Part shown: positions 1 to 13,927 of the stretch, in pieces
Position numbering within the stretch: the stretch's first letter is position 1
Layout: each line of letters starts with the position of its first letter
NCBI GenBank assembly: GCA_009103225.1
Contig: RHPI01000671.1
Span: forward strand, 322,838 to 386,837
Direction of reading: 5' to 3'
Origin: Chlorokybus atmophyticus
Taxonomy: Eukaryota; Plantae; Mesostigma and Chlorokybus algae
Length of the DNA: 64,000 bases
Made by a program: the position numbers and the translations under genes
Notes under the pieces: model-generated
What the model saw: the letters and a program-made list of their open reading frames with translations, nothing else
Told to the model about the DNA's origin: nothing
The model's database searches: none

Positions 1-2050
1 TGCAGATGGCTTCCAAGTGCAATGGAAGACCAGCAGCATGGCGGCAGCTATCGCGGCCTGCGAACACACACACCACCCGTCCCGCTTCGACCCGGACAAG
101 CTCAGCGCCGACACAGTTGGACAGATGTGCCTGGCCAGCAGCAGCAACGGCGGCCGGCCAGTGGGCCCAACCCTGCGCTAGCGGGCACGTCTGCTCCATC
201 CCATTCCAGCATCAGTTACAGGTTGGTGGTCTTGGCATGGCTGCGAAGCCTTCATGCACAACGAGGGGAGGTTGGGTGTTCAGGTTCATTGAAGGGAATG
301 GGACATGGTGGTGCAGCTGATGCTCACAGTCATGGTCACCAGCAACTAACTTGATTCCTGACTTCCTGGTCTGACATGACAGCATGTCTCTCTCTTGCAG
401 TGCTTCTCCATCTCCAAGGTCGGCCTCGCCAATGGGCAGGTTCCCCCCGCCGCTTCTGTCCTCCGGCCCCGCAGAGGCCGCTTGCATACAGCGCACAACT
501 AGCGCTCCAGTCAGCATACCCAGGCCAATACCCGCACGCCAGATGTGGGGAGAGGGCCCGCATGCGCAGGATGGCACGTCTGGCATGACGCCCCCGCAAA
601 ACGCATCCCTGCCTCCACGCACAGGTACTACTAGGTTGTCAGCGTGATGCATGGATTCGGGAAGCTAATGCTTTGGTTGCGAGCAGGTAGTTCTCTGAAG
701 CGCACGAGCTGGTCACCTTCACCCCCCGGCGCACAGCCCTCAACTGTTCCAGTTGGTTATTACCACGGACCATCCCCTGGAACATCGCTTCAGGACATGC
801 CGCACAACGCCAACACACTTGTCAGAACCAACAGCCGTGACGCTGGCCAGTCTACATCATCACAGGTGCTGTAACAGCACGGGTTGCTTCCTTGGCACTT
901 GACTCGACTTGGTAGCAACGTCATGTGTGCAAGGTTGCTGTCGCCCGCGTGTGCAACAGTGAACGCACTTTTGATGTTGACATGTTGTTCCGCAGGGGTC
1001 TACCCCACGGCTGTCATACAGCCCGCCACTGCCATTCGCATTCACGCCACGCTCCTCGTCATCCTCCTTTCTCATTGAAGGCGGTGAGACAGTATCCGCA
1101 GTGTCTTCGTTGACAGCGCCACACAAGATATCTCCTCCCTTAGCGTCCACATTTCATGACCACATGCCCATCCGCCTGCCGGTCATGATGATGGCGGCAG
1201 CTGCGGATCCTGCATACGAGCCTCTGCGGCTCAGCAACCTGCCTCATCAGAGCCAAGAACAACAGCAGCAACAACCCCTCACCCCCTCACCCCATGCGAT
1301 TGTGCCTCCAGTGTCCAGTGGTGGCTCCGCGTTCAGTGAAACGCCCCGTATGCTGGTTGGTCCCTTAGACTACAAAGGTGCGTGGACGCGATACCCGGTT
1401 GACTGTGCTCCGTAATTGCATGTTGCTCAAAATTCTCAACAGTCTCTTGCACACCGGCAGAGCCCACAAGCGCGACAGAGGCTGATGATGACACGCATGA
1501 CTTCCCTTTTGTGGTGGACACTGACAGCCACGACGGCAGCCAGCCCGCGACTCCAGGACAGGTAAGTTACTTATGCACACCTACATTTTTGTCCAACCTT
1601 TATTTCTTACCAGTGCGAGTCCATCTGTAGTTGTTGTGTACGCATACAATGCTGCAGGTCAGAACTTTTGTTACATAACGCTTGTAAACAGGTAACTACA
1701 CAACAGCGAAAGCACTGATGTGGTACAGGCGTATCATCACGTTTGCATGGTTGCAGGAGGACTCGTGCACCGTTTCTGCAGACACGGCAATGGGCTCGCT
1801 GGTGCGTATGTTCAAGGCGGCCCCTCCACTACGCCCATCGCCAACAGAGTCTCACGACTCAACAGATGCTCAGCAGTCAATGCGGCAGCCATTGCAGCAT
1901 CAGCAGCTGCCACAACTATTGCTACAGCAACCAATGCAAGAGCCGCTCCGGCTCGGTGCCGTGCTGGACTCGTTGCATAAATTCAGAGCCATAAGCGCAT
2001 TGCTGGAGCGCTCCCATGCTCCGCCGCCTACCACAACTGCCGCGTGTTGA
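1..2050 (+). CDS. ATG13: Autophagy-related protein 13, 3' part (multi-exon, 5' end outside window)
   Basis: Ser/Pro-rich exons joined by GT-AG introns. Exon ~1451-1561 reads DDDTHDFPFVVD. The last exon (~1757-2050) reads DTAMGSLVRMFKAAPPLR...LGAVLDSLHKFRAISALLER and stops at TGA 2048-2050. These match the plant/algal ATG13 C-terminal motifs (D-rich ...PF; DAAVGALVxMLxxAPPLR; terminal helix). Upstream exon boundaries are approximate. Confidence 0.7.
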
Positions 2051-3584
2051 TGGTGGGGCATGTGAACTTTATGTTGCAGGGCAGACGTTGTTGGTGCTTT
2101 GATGCACAAGCATACTTGCTCTTTCCCCCTTTTGTTCAGAGAGCTGTAGAATAGATGCGGTGTAGTTTGCAGCTTGAAGTGTGCAGTGGTAGAAGTAGTT
2201 TGTACAGTTTTATGTATATAGCAGTTGCCATTCCTTTGCAATGGGGTTTGCTTGTACTTATTGGCAGGTCTTGCAGTTGATACGGTCACATCATGTTTGG
2301 TGTGCGCTGAGTTCATCCATGCTTCAATACGCATCAAGCATACCACGCAACCATGCAAGTGATCAATCTTCAACTACATTAACGCAACTCATCAAGCAAT
2401 GTAGCATGCGTGTAATGCAAATACGAGTGAGTTATGAGCTCAAAATTTAAGGCTCGCTTTTAAGTAATGCCAACGTTTCCATACGCGTTAAGCAAGGATT
2501 ATTGTACTTGGCTTGTTGTCACACCATATTTAAACTGAAAATGGCGTCGGCATTACCGTAAAAATCAGAGGACTTGCATTGCATTCAACCGGTTGATTAA
2601 AGTAGATGATGCCTTCAGATGTTAAACTCTATAAGTATATGACGAAGTCTGAAGAAAAATGAGCATCATTGAATCAATATATCTTTTTACTTTTTTTATT
2701 TTTTTTTTATTTTTTTTTTAGTATGAACATCTCATCAGTAATTATTGTGAACATACATGATATTGTAAGACAATACCGCTAGCTGTATGTACAAACGATG
2801 TACAAGTTTCGATAACATGTTAATGTATGTTTTTTAAATAATGTGCACATGGCTCATTTGATATACGCGAGGGTCCCGCATGTAACGTGAGCGCATGCAA
2901 TGTACTTTTGTTGACACATATTATTCAATGCGTCGGCAGCATGTATTATTCATCAAGTAATCACAAAATCTTGTACATGTATAAAGCAGTAAAAAAGTGC
3001 AGAACAAGTGCACACTCACACAAATATTGTCATTGCATTAATTTGAGTGCTTCTTGTACATATATAGCAATGCATGCTGATATGTGTATTTCTCATGTAT
3101 TGTACGAGTTACTGTAATGCTCAAATCCATGTGTATGCTCAATCGAACATGTATCTCAGCCCGTATAACTTAACATGTAATTGAAGTAATTTATGTGTAT
3201 GAAGTTTGACAATGCAAGTGTATATATTATTTATTTTGTACGTCATTTCTTGCTTAACGCATGTTCTATTATACGATGTGTCGGCATCTATTCTGGGCCC
3301 TCCATTGCCCTATATAAATGACGTAGTACATATGCACAATGTCACAATGTTAATGCAATAGCCCCGTAGCGTTGCCGCAATAGCCAACCACAAATATGCA
3401 TATTACATGTCACATGCAATTGATGAGGCTGTATACCAGGCATGCGTGGGCCATGCATGTATAAAACTTTATCAATAACATGTAAATGGCTACATACCGT
3501 TGATGATGCTCGCGATTGGCTGCTCTCCATGCCATGTTTGCTTGGGTGAGGTTGGGAGTCATTGCACGTTTTACCCAACACCAT

Positions 3585-3638
3585 CCCACCATCCCATCCC
3601 ATCCCATCCCATCCCATCATCATCATCATCAACATCAA

Positions 3639-3677
<39 letters not shown>
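3585..3677 (+). repeat. (CATCC)n followed by (CAT)n microsatellite
   Basis: Read directly. It generates the spurious poly-Met, poly-His and poly-Ser ORFs. Confidence 0.95.
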
Positions 3678-3678
<1 letters not shown>

Positions 3679-4048
3679 GGTCGATCCATCAACGACACTA
3701 GTCTGCATTCCGCAGAGGCGCTCTGAACGGTCGCGTCGCAGAGTTCAATCTAATCTTATACTGTATCCGTCCCCGCATTGTCCGATAGCGACTCAGCACC
3801 CGGCCCCGGAGGAGGCTCGTTGAATGGGGCGAACTTGTTCATCATAACGGGGCGGACCAGGTGGCCTGGTGACACACGCATCAATTCACACAAAGAACCC
3901 CCAACGTAGTACGCACTCGTTTGCTAGCTAGTTGTGACGATGGACAGTCGTAGCAGAAGAAGTCGTCCGCTACGCAGTGTCGTTGCAGAGCAGCAGACGC
4001 AGTAGGGCTGGTTAGAAGTTGTTAGAGGGGAGCGGTTGTTGTCAAGGC

Positions 4049-7000
4049 ATGGCTCGTGCTGCAGCCGTGTGGTCTTGCGGCCCCGCCACCCAGCGAGGCA
4101 GGTGAGAGGACAACAACAACAACAATAACAGCAACAGTATCAGCTGTCTTCATGTCTCATGATATATCACCTAGCTTTAGAGCAAAGGCACAGGCAGACA
4201 AGAAAGCAGCCCAACAGCATGACCTCAGCACAGATGATGTGGGTGAAACGCCTATGCTAGCATACCCCATCCGCAATGTGTGTCTGCATGCATTCACAAG
4301 TGTGTACCAAGCAACAGTTGCACTCCAATTCATGACCAGCACGCATGCACGTTGTGCTGTACTGTTGCAAATTCTTCGTCTCGATTCTGTCTCGGGATCG
4401 CAATGTGGCAAATACAGCCCACGTGGTTGCTTTATCTAGTGCAAGTACACCACAACTGTTCCACTAGGCCGGCGCAGCTTGACGCCCACGCGGCTTCCAA
4501 CACGCTCCTCTACGTGTGCGGCCGCACCGCTGTCCTCCTTCCCCTCCCAACAACAGCCCCAACTACAACAGCAAGAACACATGCGCCCGCACATGCGGCT
4601 CCCCTCACCGTCGCGCGCCTCTCGCCAAACGGGGAGTGGGCCGCCACCGCCGACGCACTCGGCAACGTCAAGGTGCACATTGCAGTGGTTGTTGTTGTTG
4701 TTGTTGTTGACGTTGTACTGATATTGTTTCAACTCGACAGGTGTGGGGAGTGATCAATGAGGACCATCCCGTGAAGCTCGAGTGCAGGCCGCTGAGCGGT
4801 CCCGTGCTGGATCTCGCCTGGTCTCAGGCATGTGTGTGCATGTGAGTATGTGTGTGCGTGTGTGTGACATCTACTTGGTGTGGTAGGAAAGAGCAAGCGT
4901 TGCTAATGTACTGTGTGTTGTACCTGGTGTTTGCACAGGATGGGCAGCGGATAGTTGTGTGCGGGGAGAACGCGCCTGGAGGGAAGGGCCCGCTAGTCAA
5001 ATGCTTCATGTGGGACTCTGGCAACAGGTGTGTGGGCGTGCGCGTGCGGGCATGTTAGGCAAAGTTGGATCAGACACAATTGCCACTTCACACAACCTAA
5101 CACTGCAGTGTGGGGGAGTTTGACGGGCACTCAAAAAGTGTACGCTCGTGCGATTTCCGCCCCACCCGCCCCTTCCGCATTGCAACGGGTAAGTGATAGA
5201 CACAACAAGCCAAAAGGCATACATACCGAGAGCGCGTTGTGACAAACCCAACAGCACATCACAGCACAACATCGCACCGCACCACACCAACACTAACACC
5301 CAACAGGTGGCGAGGACGGTTGCGCGAACATGTACGCCGGCCCGCCCTTCCGCTTCTCCGGCCGCCTCATCCCTCCAGACTCAGCAGCCACCACCTCCAC
5401 CAGCACCAGCACCAGCACCACCATCAACAACAGCAACAACAACAACCCCGCCATCAACTGCGTGCGCTTCAGCCCCGACGGTTCCCTACTCGCCGTGGCC
5501 GGCGCCGACGGCCGTGTGCGCATCCACAACGCCACGACGGGAGACCACACCACCAACATACACACAGACACCTCATCACCAGTCTATGCCATCTCCTGGA
5601 TGCCCTCTCGCCCGCCAACGTCATCGACAATGTTGGCGGGTGCGTGCGCGGACGGTAGCGTGAGGGTGTGGGAGCTGTCAAGAACAGGGGAGGGAGGGGA
5701 GAAGGTGGTGTTGGAAGGGAAAGAGGTGGGGAGGGGAGAGGTTGGTGCTGGTATTGGAGACATGCAGGTGAGTATTTGAGTGAGTCAGTGATGATTCAAT
5801 GAGTCAGTCAGTAAACAAGTGAACAGTCAGTTGATGCAGTGCTTCAGTGAGCTTATGTGCATGCGCATGTGCGGAAGTTTTCGCCGTCAGTGATGCCAGG
5901 CAGTGAGTGATGCAATTCGGTGCATCGCAGGTGGGTTGCGTGTGGGTAAGGGACCCGCTGCTGGTATCTCTCTCCCTCTGCGGCGACATCAACCACTTCA
6001 ACCCAACATCACTCTCACACGCACCCAACACCAACCCAGCAGTCCTCCACCCAACAACTCTCCACCGCGGCCACGCCAAAGCCATCACCGCCCTCGCCGT
6101 CTCACCCAACGCCGTCTTCTCTGCCAGCTGGGATGGCGCGATAGCAAACTGGTCAGCGTGTCCACATAACGAACACGCCTTTGGCACGCTTATACACTTC
6201 ATCAGGAGAGAAGGACCCAAAGTGTACGCGCTCGCGGTTGGACACGACGGATGTGTACACGCCTGCACCGTGGATGACAAGATGCATGTGTTTGGGAAGG
6301 GGGAGGAGCAGGGGAGGAGCGCGTGTGTAAGCGTGGGGTCGGGACCGATTGGGTTGTGCGCGGCGGGGAGACTTGTGGCGTGCGCGGTATCGGATGGTAC
6401 CGTCACGATCAGAGTTGCAAAGGCAGCGGACGGTGGTGCGGGTGGTGATGGTGATGTGGTTGTGTGGCGGAGTGGACTGAAGATCACTGCCATTGCACTC
6501 TCCCCAGGTGCCGTGAGGAATCACTTTACTTCATTAACTAGTTTGTTTTGGGGTCAACACCTGTGCTCGTCGCACTCAATCAGTTACTCGCTCAGACACA
6601 TGCACACAGACAGGCACGTGTGCATATGCCACACAGACACTCACGCTCGCGCACGTGCACACACAAACATGAAAAAGTTCAGGGGAGTCGGCCTTCAGAC
6701 ACCAACCTGTCAAACTCTTCTTTCCCTCCTGTCTACAGATGCTAGCGAGCTGGCTTTGGGCACTGACTCCGGCACCCTCCACACCTTCTCCCTCCCCTCT
6801 TCCTTACTCTCCTCCTCCTCCTCCCCCTTCTCTCCGCCTCCCCTCCACTCCCTGTCCGCTCGCCACCGCGCGGCCGTCACCTGCGCGGCGTACTGCCCAT
6901 CAAGGGCGATGATGGCCAGCGGCGACGCCGGGAGGGAGGTCGTGGTGTGGAGATGCGACACTGGAGAGGTGAGAGAGGTGTTGTGTGTGTTTGTTGTATT

Positions 7001-7293
7001 TCTGACAATGACACTTGCTCTTGTGTAAGGCCCTCCCTGTGAAGTTGGTGCACCACACTGCGCGCGTGACCTGCCTGGCGTGGTCGCCAAGCGGGTCCAC
7101 CTTGGCGACGGGGTCTCTGGACGCGAGCGTGATCGTATGGGATGTGGGTGACACGACCACCGCCGTGAAGAAGAAGGACGTCCTGAGGAACGCGCACGAG
7201 GGCGGCGTTGCGGCCGTCGGGTTCCTGAAGGAGGATCTGATCGTGAGCGGGGGACAGGACGCGTGCCTAAAGACTTGGCATGTGGATGTGTAA
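4049..7293 (+). CDS. AIP1: Actin-interacting protein 1 / WDR1 (WD40 double beta-propeller), about 10 exons
   Basis: Spliced reading: [18 protein letters not shown]; [23 protein letters not shown]; LDLAWSQ|[10 protein letters not shown]...[10 protein letters not shown]|[28 protein letters not shown]; [10 protein letters not shown]; [11 protein letters not shown]; [30 protein letters not shown]...AHEGGV...[11 protein letters not shown]; TAA at 7291-7293. The RPFRIATG and GPPFxF motifs are characteristic of AIP1. Confidence 0.92.
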
Positions 7294-8977
7294 CAGGGAG
7301 GACTCTTTGTGATATATGACAGCTTGGATAACTTGCTTCAAGGGTGTTGGTGTTGGTTGTACAGCTTCAAGTCGATGTGCGCAGCAAAAGCGGGTATGTT
7401 AGTCTCACTCAAGTGGCAGCTACCATGGATTGGTCGAGTGTTGCTGTGTGCTAGTGCATTCCCATGTACAGGTGGTGCCCGTGCCTGCTCTTAGCAACAT
7501 GCTTCTGCGGCCACTGAGACTTGTGTTTGGCTGACTGTACTGCTAGTAATATGCACAATCCTTCGGATGAAATGTACGCAGTTCCCAATTTGCACTGAGT
7601 GGTCAGGTTGTTCGCACGCTTGCGCTTGAAATGAATGTTGATTACCAAACATCTACATTGATAAGGCTTGCGGCTGTGGCGTACTTGGCTTCAGAGGAGT
7701 CGCTTCATTGGACAATGTGCAGGCTGCAGAGTAGGCAAAACGGGTAACAGCGATTGCACACGGACGGCAATGACGATGACTGTGCCCACCACGTTGAATC
7801 CTACTTTCATGAGTTGTTGACGCTGCGTGTGTTCGCCCAGCGTTTAACGAGCTGACACTCCGTGTACGTTGCCAGTGGGGATACTAGCTGGTTTTGGCAG
7901 TGTTTGACAGTGTTTCGCTCTGCTACACGGAGGCGTTGCCTCTACTGTAACCAAGCGCGACTGCGCGGTTTGCTGTGTCAAACTGGCAGCATGCGGGCAC
8001 AGTGCATCCTACATCCATTCTTCAAGTGGTCTGAACGGACACTTAGCTTTGCTGGCTGTCGCTTGGGTTTGCATAGGGTTGAGGCGGTTTGTGTGATCAT
8101 TGTGGTAATGTGCTGGTAGGTATGGACACAGCATGGTGCACATTGGTTATTGCTTTCGTTGGTAGTTTGATGTAGGTGTGAGATGTGCGATTGGCAACTA
8201 GCGCGCATCATCATGCGCATTCCTGTTTGGTCGTGGTGTGTGAGCTGTGTGGTAGCAATGGTCGCTCAGTACGTAGCGTGACACTTGTGTGCTATTCGAG
8301 GGAATATATAGGTGTGAGGACTGGTGCTACGAGGCCTTGCAAAACAAGTCCTCATGCATACCAGTGTTTCTCTATTCCTGTGTTGGATTGTGCGCATATT
8401 CTTGCGTGTTGGAGCAATCAACATCATTGCTGGAGCATCTGGCATGCACTTGACGGTTGCAGTGATTGCGTACACCAAGCTGACATGACAGCCAATTTGA
8501 GTTAGGCGAAGCACGGCAGGAGCCAGTGCAAACAGCTGCAAGGGGTCGGCCTGAACTCCAAGCTGGCTTACAACCTGCGTGCACCCACCTTGCCACCATA
8601 CACCACTTGTCCCAGACAAGTCAGCCAGACTCATGGCCATGGCAACATGCAGCCGTCACGTTCAAGAAGTTCAGAGCCAAAATATGTACTGGCACAAGGC
8701 CAATAGCCACATTTAACATCTAAGCCAAGACTGGTGCACTGTGATGTCACTTTACTATATGGACGCTCACAGGCTTTTATTTATTTATCAGCAGTGGTTA
8801 TGTACAGAGCGATGAGATAGAGTTGGTGACTTGAAATCGCACCTACAGCCGTCTCACCACCAACACCTGGTGGTCTACTTAGCGGCAGGGGTTACGCATA
8901 TCCTGCGCTTGCCGGGCTTTGCTTTAGTCTTGTTTCCTTGTTTTCAATTACTCCAAACTCACCCACGGAGCTGGTCT

Positions 8978-11900
8978 CTAGCACCAGGCAGGGAAGGCTT
9001 CCCTCAATGCGGTGTCGGTAGGGTTCTCCTGCATGTAGGCAATGCGCGACGACCTCCTCAGGATTTTCGTTGTGGTTTCTATTAGCTGCTTCATTTCTTC
9101 CGGTAGGTCCTCTGTTGAGAAATAGTCACTAGAAGCTGCCGATACCACCAGTCTGATGGTCTCTCGCACCGTTGTCGTCTGTTTCACGCAAGCATCCTGC
9201 TCTGCTGTTGTCTCATTTGACTCCCTGTCGCGAACTTGCGACAGCCTGGCTGAAGCTGAGTTGTCCTCATTTGCTGCAGCTTGCAATCGTTGCTGCTTTG
9301 AGGTCGGGGCAACATTTGCCCTTGAATTTTGGCGCTTGGGACCTGCGGGCATACCAGCACATGCTCAGCGTATGCATACATACACATTGTTGGCTTGTCA
9401 CCCAGCCAACATGATTACGGTTAGTAAAGCAAGTACCTCGCGGCGGTCTGCCACTTGCAACGCGCACCAAGGTCGATTTCTCATGCCTTGTCGTGTGTTG
9501 GACAAATGACTTCACCACAATCGGGCGCGCAGGTCGTTGCTGTTGATGTCTCAACTGCTCAGCCCTAACCTCGGACTCGAGAAGCTGCTTCAGTCTGTCT
9601 TTTCGCTCCTCGTCCGAGAGGGAAGACATTGCATCAAGCTCACCCTGCGGAATGCACGTGAGTTGTCACTCCATAAAGCCCTATGCCACTCCATGGCATA
9701 ACAACACTTGTTGATGCGATGTGTACATGCACAAGCTCCATACCTCCAAAGCGGCTAATGCTGCGGCAGGATTATGTGCTGCTGCGAAGTCAAGGGCGTT
9801 GGAAGCCAGCGGGCCCTCTTTTTCTTGCGACATGGAGGGGCTCATTCCTTGAAACTACACGCGACAAGTTTGGTAAGCGCGACTGCTTGATGGTCATCAC
9901 ACCGGACTGCCTCGCTACCAGGCACTATGCACACTGATAGGCTTACATATGCATGAGAAAGAGCCTCTTCCGCTGAGCACCGGCGTTGCGGGTCAAATGC
10001 AAGCATGCGCATCAAAAGGTCCATGGCTTGCGCTCCACCCGTGGATACTTTCTCCATCAGGCATCCAACCTGAGCAGGTCACAAAGCTTGGGCCTCAATG
10101 TCGCTAAGTAAGCGCATTCAGAATGGTACCAACATACCTGGCCCGGAAGGCACTTGAGATAGTTGCGCCACATTTCCCTTTGAATGCCGTCAATCTCATG
10201 CCATGAAGGAGTGCCAATTACGCTCACTATGCTTGCTATCTGCACCCGCAATGGTACAAGTTGTGGGAAATGGAGATTGATCAGTGTTTGCAAGAATAAA
10301 GCATTTTGCTCATGTGCAGAGTGACATGCAAATCCACCTGCTCAAAAAATCAGTACCTGCTCCAGCAGAGGTCGCAAGTCTTGTTTGTTCTCCATCGTGC
10401 TGCCAGAGTATCCTGGCTGATATCTGCAGCACACTCCCTGTCAGTCTACATGTATAACCACCATATGAACTACCAGCCTAGCATTTAAGTGCCGCACTCA
10501 CCGAATCTCAAATAGCGGCGTGGCACCTGGTGCATACCGGGAAGGTGCACCTTTGGGACGCAGCCTCTGCATTAATTCCTGCACATGCTTGGTAAGTCTC
10601 ATGCACTGACCACGCATTCAGCCAATCTCACGTGTCAGATGTGGCACGCCTGAGCTTACCCCAAATATGCAACCAGCGGACCACCTGTGGCAACACACCC
10701 ACATGAAACCAAGAGTATAAGTATTTCAGCATCGATTGTTGGTGCACCAAGCATCACAGCCGAACCTCAATAATGCTTCTGCAACAAAAAGCATGGACTT
10801 ACACATCAATCTTGTCGGTGTAGTAACCGTTGGACATGATGACCTCGGGAGCACGGTAACAGGGCGTCACCACCTGATTTCCATTGGCATATGAGAAGCC
10901 GCAAATGCATGGGGATGCTGATGCTATCAACACCATGGAAGGTGCAAGAACGTGGCACAATACAATGCGTACCGCACGGGTGTACTGTCTGGTGAGGCGT
11001 TGATTTGGACGAGCCTCTGTTTGAGGTAGCTCGCTGGACACAAGATCAGCCTGCCACAGCGATTTAGGCACAACAAAACAACGCAGCAATGCCAGCGCAT
11101 ATCTGAGCAAGACATCATGGACGCACCGAAGGAAATGCAGAACGTGCAAGCCCAAAGTCGCAAATCTTCACTTGATTGTCGCTGGTGACAAGCACATTCT
11201 GGCTTTTCACATCTCTGTCAAGATGTGAACAACACTCAGAACCCGCGTAACAGCAGCAATGCTGACACAGGCACAACGGCAGCACAGCACGTCACAGCAC
11301 CTGTGCCAAACTCGACAACTGTGAAGGTATCGCAACCCTAGCAGCAGCTGGTGCATGATTTCCCTCACACGTTGCGCAGTGAGAGTGCCCTTGAATGCGA
11401 AAAGATCACCACTGCAGAAATGCAAGCAGCATGAGCACAGAAACTCTTGCGAATTTGGCTGCAAGTTATAAGAGCATATATCTCACCCAGCGGCCAGCTC
11501 TGTGGCTATATACATGTCGATATCACTGTCATGTGTTGCAGGTTGCAGAAATGCGTCTGTCACTGCGGATCAACGAGATGTTTACGTCATGCAATGGCCA
11601 GACCCTTACAAGACCCTACACAGCAATTCATTGCGACTTGAGTGCGACAGATAGATGGATGGTGGACCTCTGGCCGAAAATGCAGAAGGATTTCCCGCTT
11701 TTCCTGCTTACTTGCAATAATGTTCGGATGAGAAAGGCGCCGCAGTATGCAAACTTCGCGGAGGATGCGCTTTGTCATTTCAGGGTGACAAAGCACACGG
11801 GGGATGCGCTGCAGCCAAGACCATATCAGCAACAGCCATGGAACAAGTGCAGCACATAGAACTAAAGCTCTAACATGTCATTATTATGGTCTGCAATATC

Positions 11901-12285
11901 AGCTGAGAACATGTGCTAGCAGTTCCGCCAAGTGGCTCACCTTCAGCGCAACTTGCCGGTTTAATTCTGAGTCAGAAGCCCGCACAACTTCCCCATAAGA
12001 GCCTTTACCAAGCACCTCATGCAGCACATAACGCTTGGGCACTGCACGATGACAGCACAAATACATGCGTCAGACCTGTCCACGTTGTACCTTGCACAGC
12101 AAACCCCCAAGAAGCAAGCAGGCGGTCAGAAGCCACATGGGGCATGTCTGCATGCAAGATGTTGGTGTCTGGTACGAGGGACAAGCTCAATTGCTTGAAC
12201 AACCTGTCCACAGATTGCCATTGACAGTGTAGCGCCCCTCATCGCGATTGACGGCAATGACGCCAGGATGCCGGCCTCGCTGCAT
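8978..12285 (-). CDS. MAP-kinase-family Ser/Thr kinase with atypical activation loop and C-terminal extension
   Basis: Spliced: MQRGRHPG...YTVNGNLWT|VPKRYVLHEVLGKGSYGEVV...VALK|RIPR...TKRILREVCILRRLSHPNII; GDLF...LRYLHSCRVWHR|DVKSQNVLV...KICDFGLAR; LTRQYTRA|VVTPCYRAPEVIM; IGTP; AMDLLMRMLAFDPQRRCSAEEALSHAY. The main kinase subdomain motifs are present. Confidence 0.9.
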
Positions 12286-13927
12286 GGTTGAAGACAGCAG
12301 GCAGGAGCTTCTAACGCTTCAACTCATCACCAGCCAAGCACGCGTCCGCACTATACTCTGCAGGAGCATAGAACACTGTTTGCATAATGTGTCTGCCTGC
12401 ATGTGCGTGTGTGTGCTTGCATGGATCTGTGTCACGTTCGCGAGTCAGCAAGAACGAGAGCAGCCCACGGCAAGCAACTAGCGAGGAACAGGGAGGGAGA
12501 ATGCTGCATCGTCAAACATTAGCACCAGGCATCCATTGTCTGCCTGGTACCCAAAAATCGTGGGCACCATGTCAACTGGCATTGCACACCAGCGCAACAA
12601 TGCACCTTCGGCGTAACACCGAAGGTGCAAGTGGGTGGTTGCTGACTTGGATAGGACGTCCAAGTACAACTGCATGCCATGCACTCACACCACATCACCC
12701 AGGCCGGCAGAACACTGACAGTGAGTCCATGCACAACCTTTCAACTCGAGTAACGTAGCTGTTTGACGGTTAGCTACGCTGGTCACGACCAACGCTTGCT
12801 TAAAATCTTGCAACCTGCTTGTGCGCAGCTGCAGCGCTAACAATGTGCAGCTCTCCGCAGCAGACCCGACCGTTGTGTTGGGTTACCAAAGCGCTTGCAC
12901 CAAACACGCACACGAAACGTAACAGCTCACGACAAAGCAAGATTAGGCGCGAGTAAAACTCTGCTCAGGCAGCCGCTCCCCAACTAACCAGCTTTTGGGC
13001 ATTGTGCACCGGCCAGGCAGCGGGGGACAAGCCGGTGCGGGGCAGCCCGCCTCCTCACCCCGCCGCTCTACAGACACCCCGCCCGGCGCAGTCGGTCACG
13101 GCAACCCCCCACGACACTGCACCCGACTGCACAATTCCCAGCCGTCGCCAACACCGCCGTCGCCCTGCCACACGCCGCCCACGTCCCCGCCGCCGCCTTC
13201 ACTGACGAGCTTAACGTCCCTACCAAGAACGCCGCAAGAACGCAGAACGTTAGCAATGAGGAAACCTACCGTCGCACACAGCAGGGTTCAGCATCAATCT
13301 TGAACGCTCGCTGTGTGCAGCTGATAACAGTGATAAGCTCGAGGGGCCGTGCGATCACTGAGACAACGAGACTGACGCGACTACCGTACCACGGCACACC
13401 TTTGCGCAAGTTGAGGTTGACAGTCCAGTCGCGAGTGCAATTTTGGGCCTGATGGTAAACGTTCTACCAAACGGCGCGCCAAGGCGACTTGCCTGGGTAC
13501 CGCAGCTGTCGGCAGGCCGAAGGCAATCTCGGGGGTATCTCGTGAGCGATTCCTGCGGGTTTCGCCAGTACTACGCCACCAAGTCCCCCGCAAAAGTTTC
13601 TCAAGTCGCGGGTTTGGTAGCACAATTGTAATGTCTATGGCATGCGGGTTATGTAAACCTTTCATACACACATCACCGACATGGACCGTAGTGCCGCCAA
13701 TCCTGCGTGACAAATTACTCGGGCTGGCCGCTGTACGAACTTCTATAAGCTATTTGCCGGCATCTAACATGCGTTTCTGGAGGTTATCATATGGTAGAGC
13801 GCGGGGTAACAAACTTAAAAGTAACTTATGGGCGCTACTTCTGACAAAGATTTCGCGGCACTACGGTATACCAGCAGTTAGCATGCACAGTGTGTTATGG
13901 CACACATGACCCATCCCAAACATGTGC

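Noticed and set aside
2440-2660. Possible LINE reverse-transcriptase remnant (SPLIF)
   Set aside because: A five-residue resemblance with no supporting motifs.
13068-13256. Signal-peptide-like ORF as the kinase N-terminus
   Set aside because: The kinase has its own ATG at 12285 with an upstream in-frame stop. This region is more likely 5' UTR or promoter.
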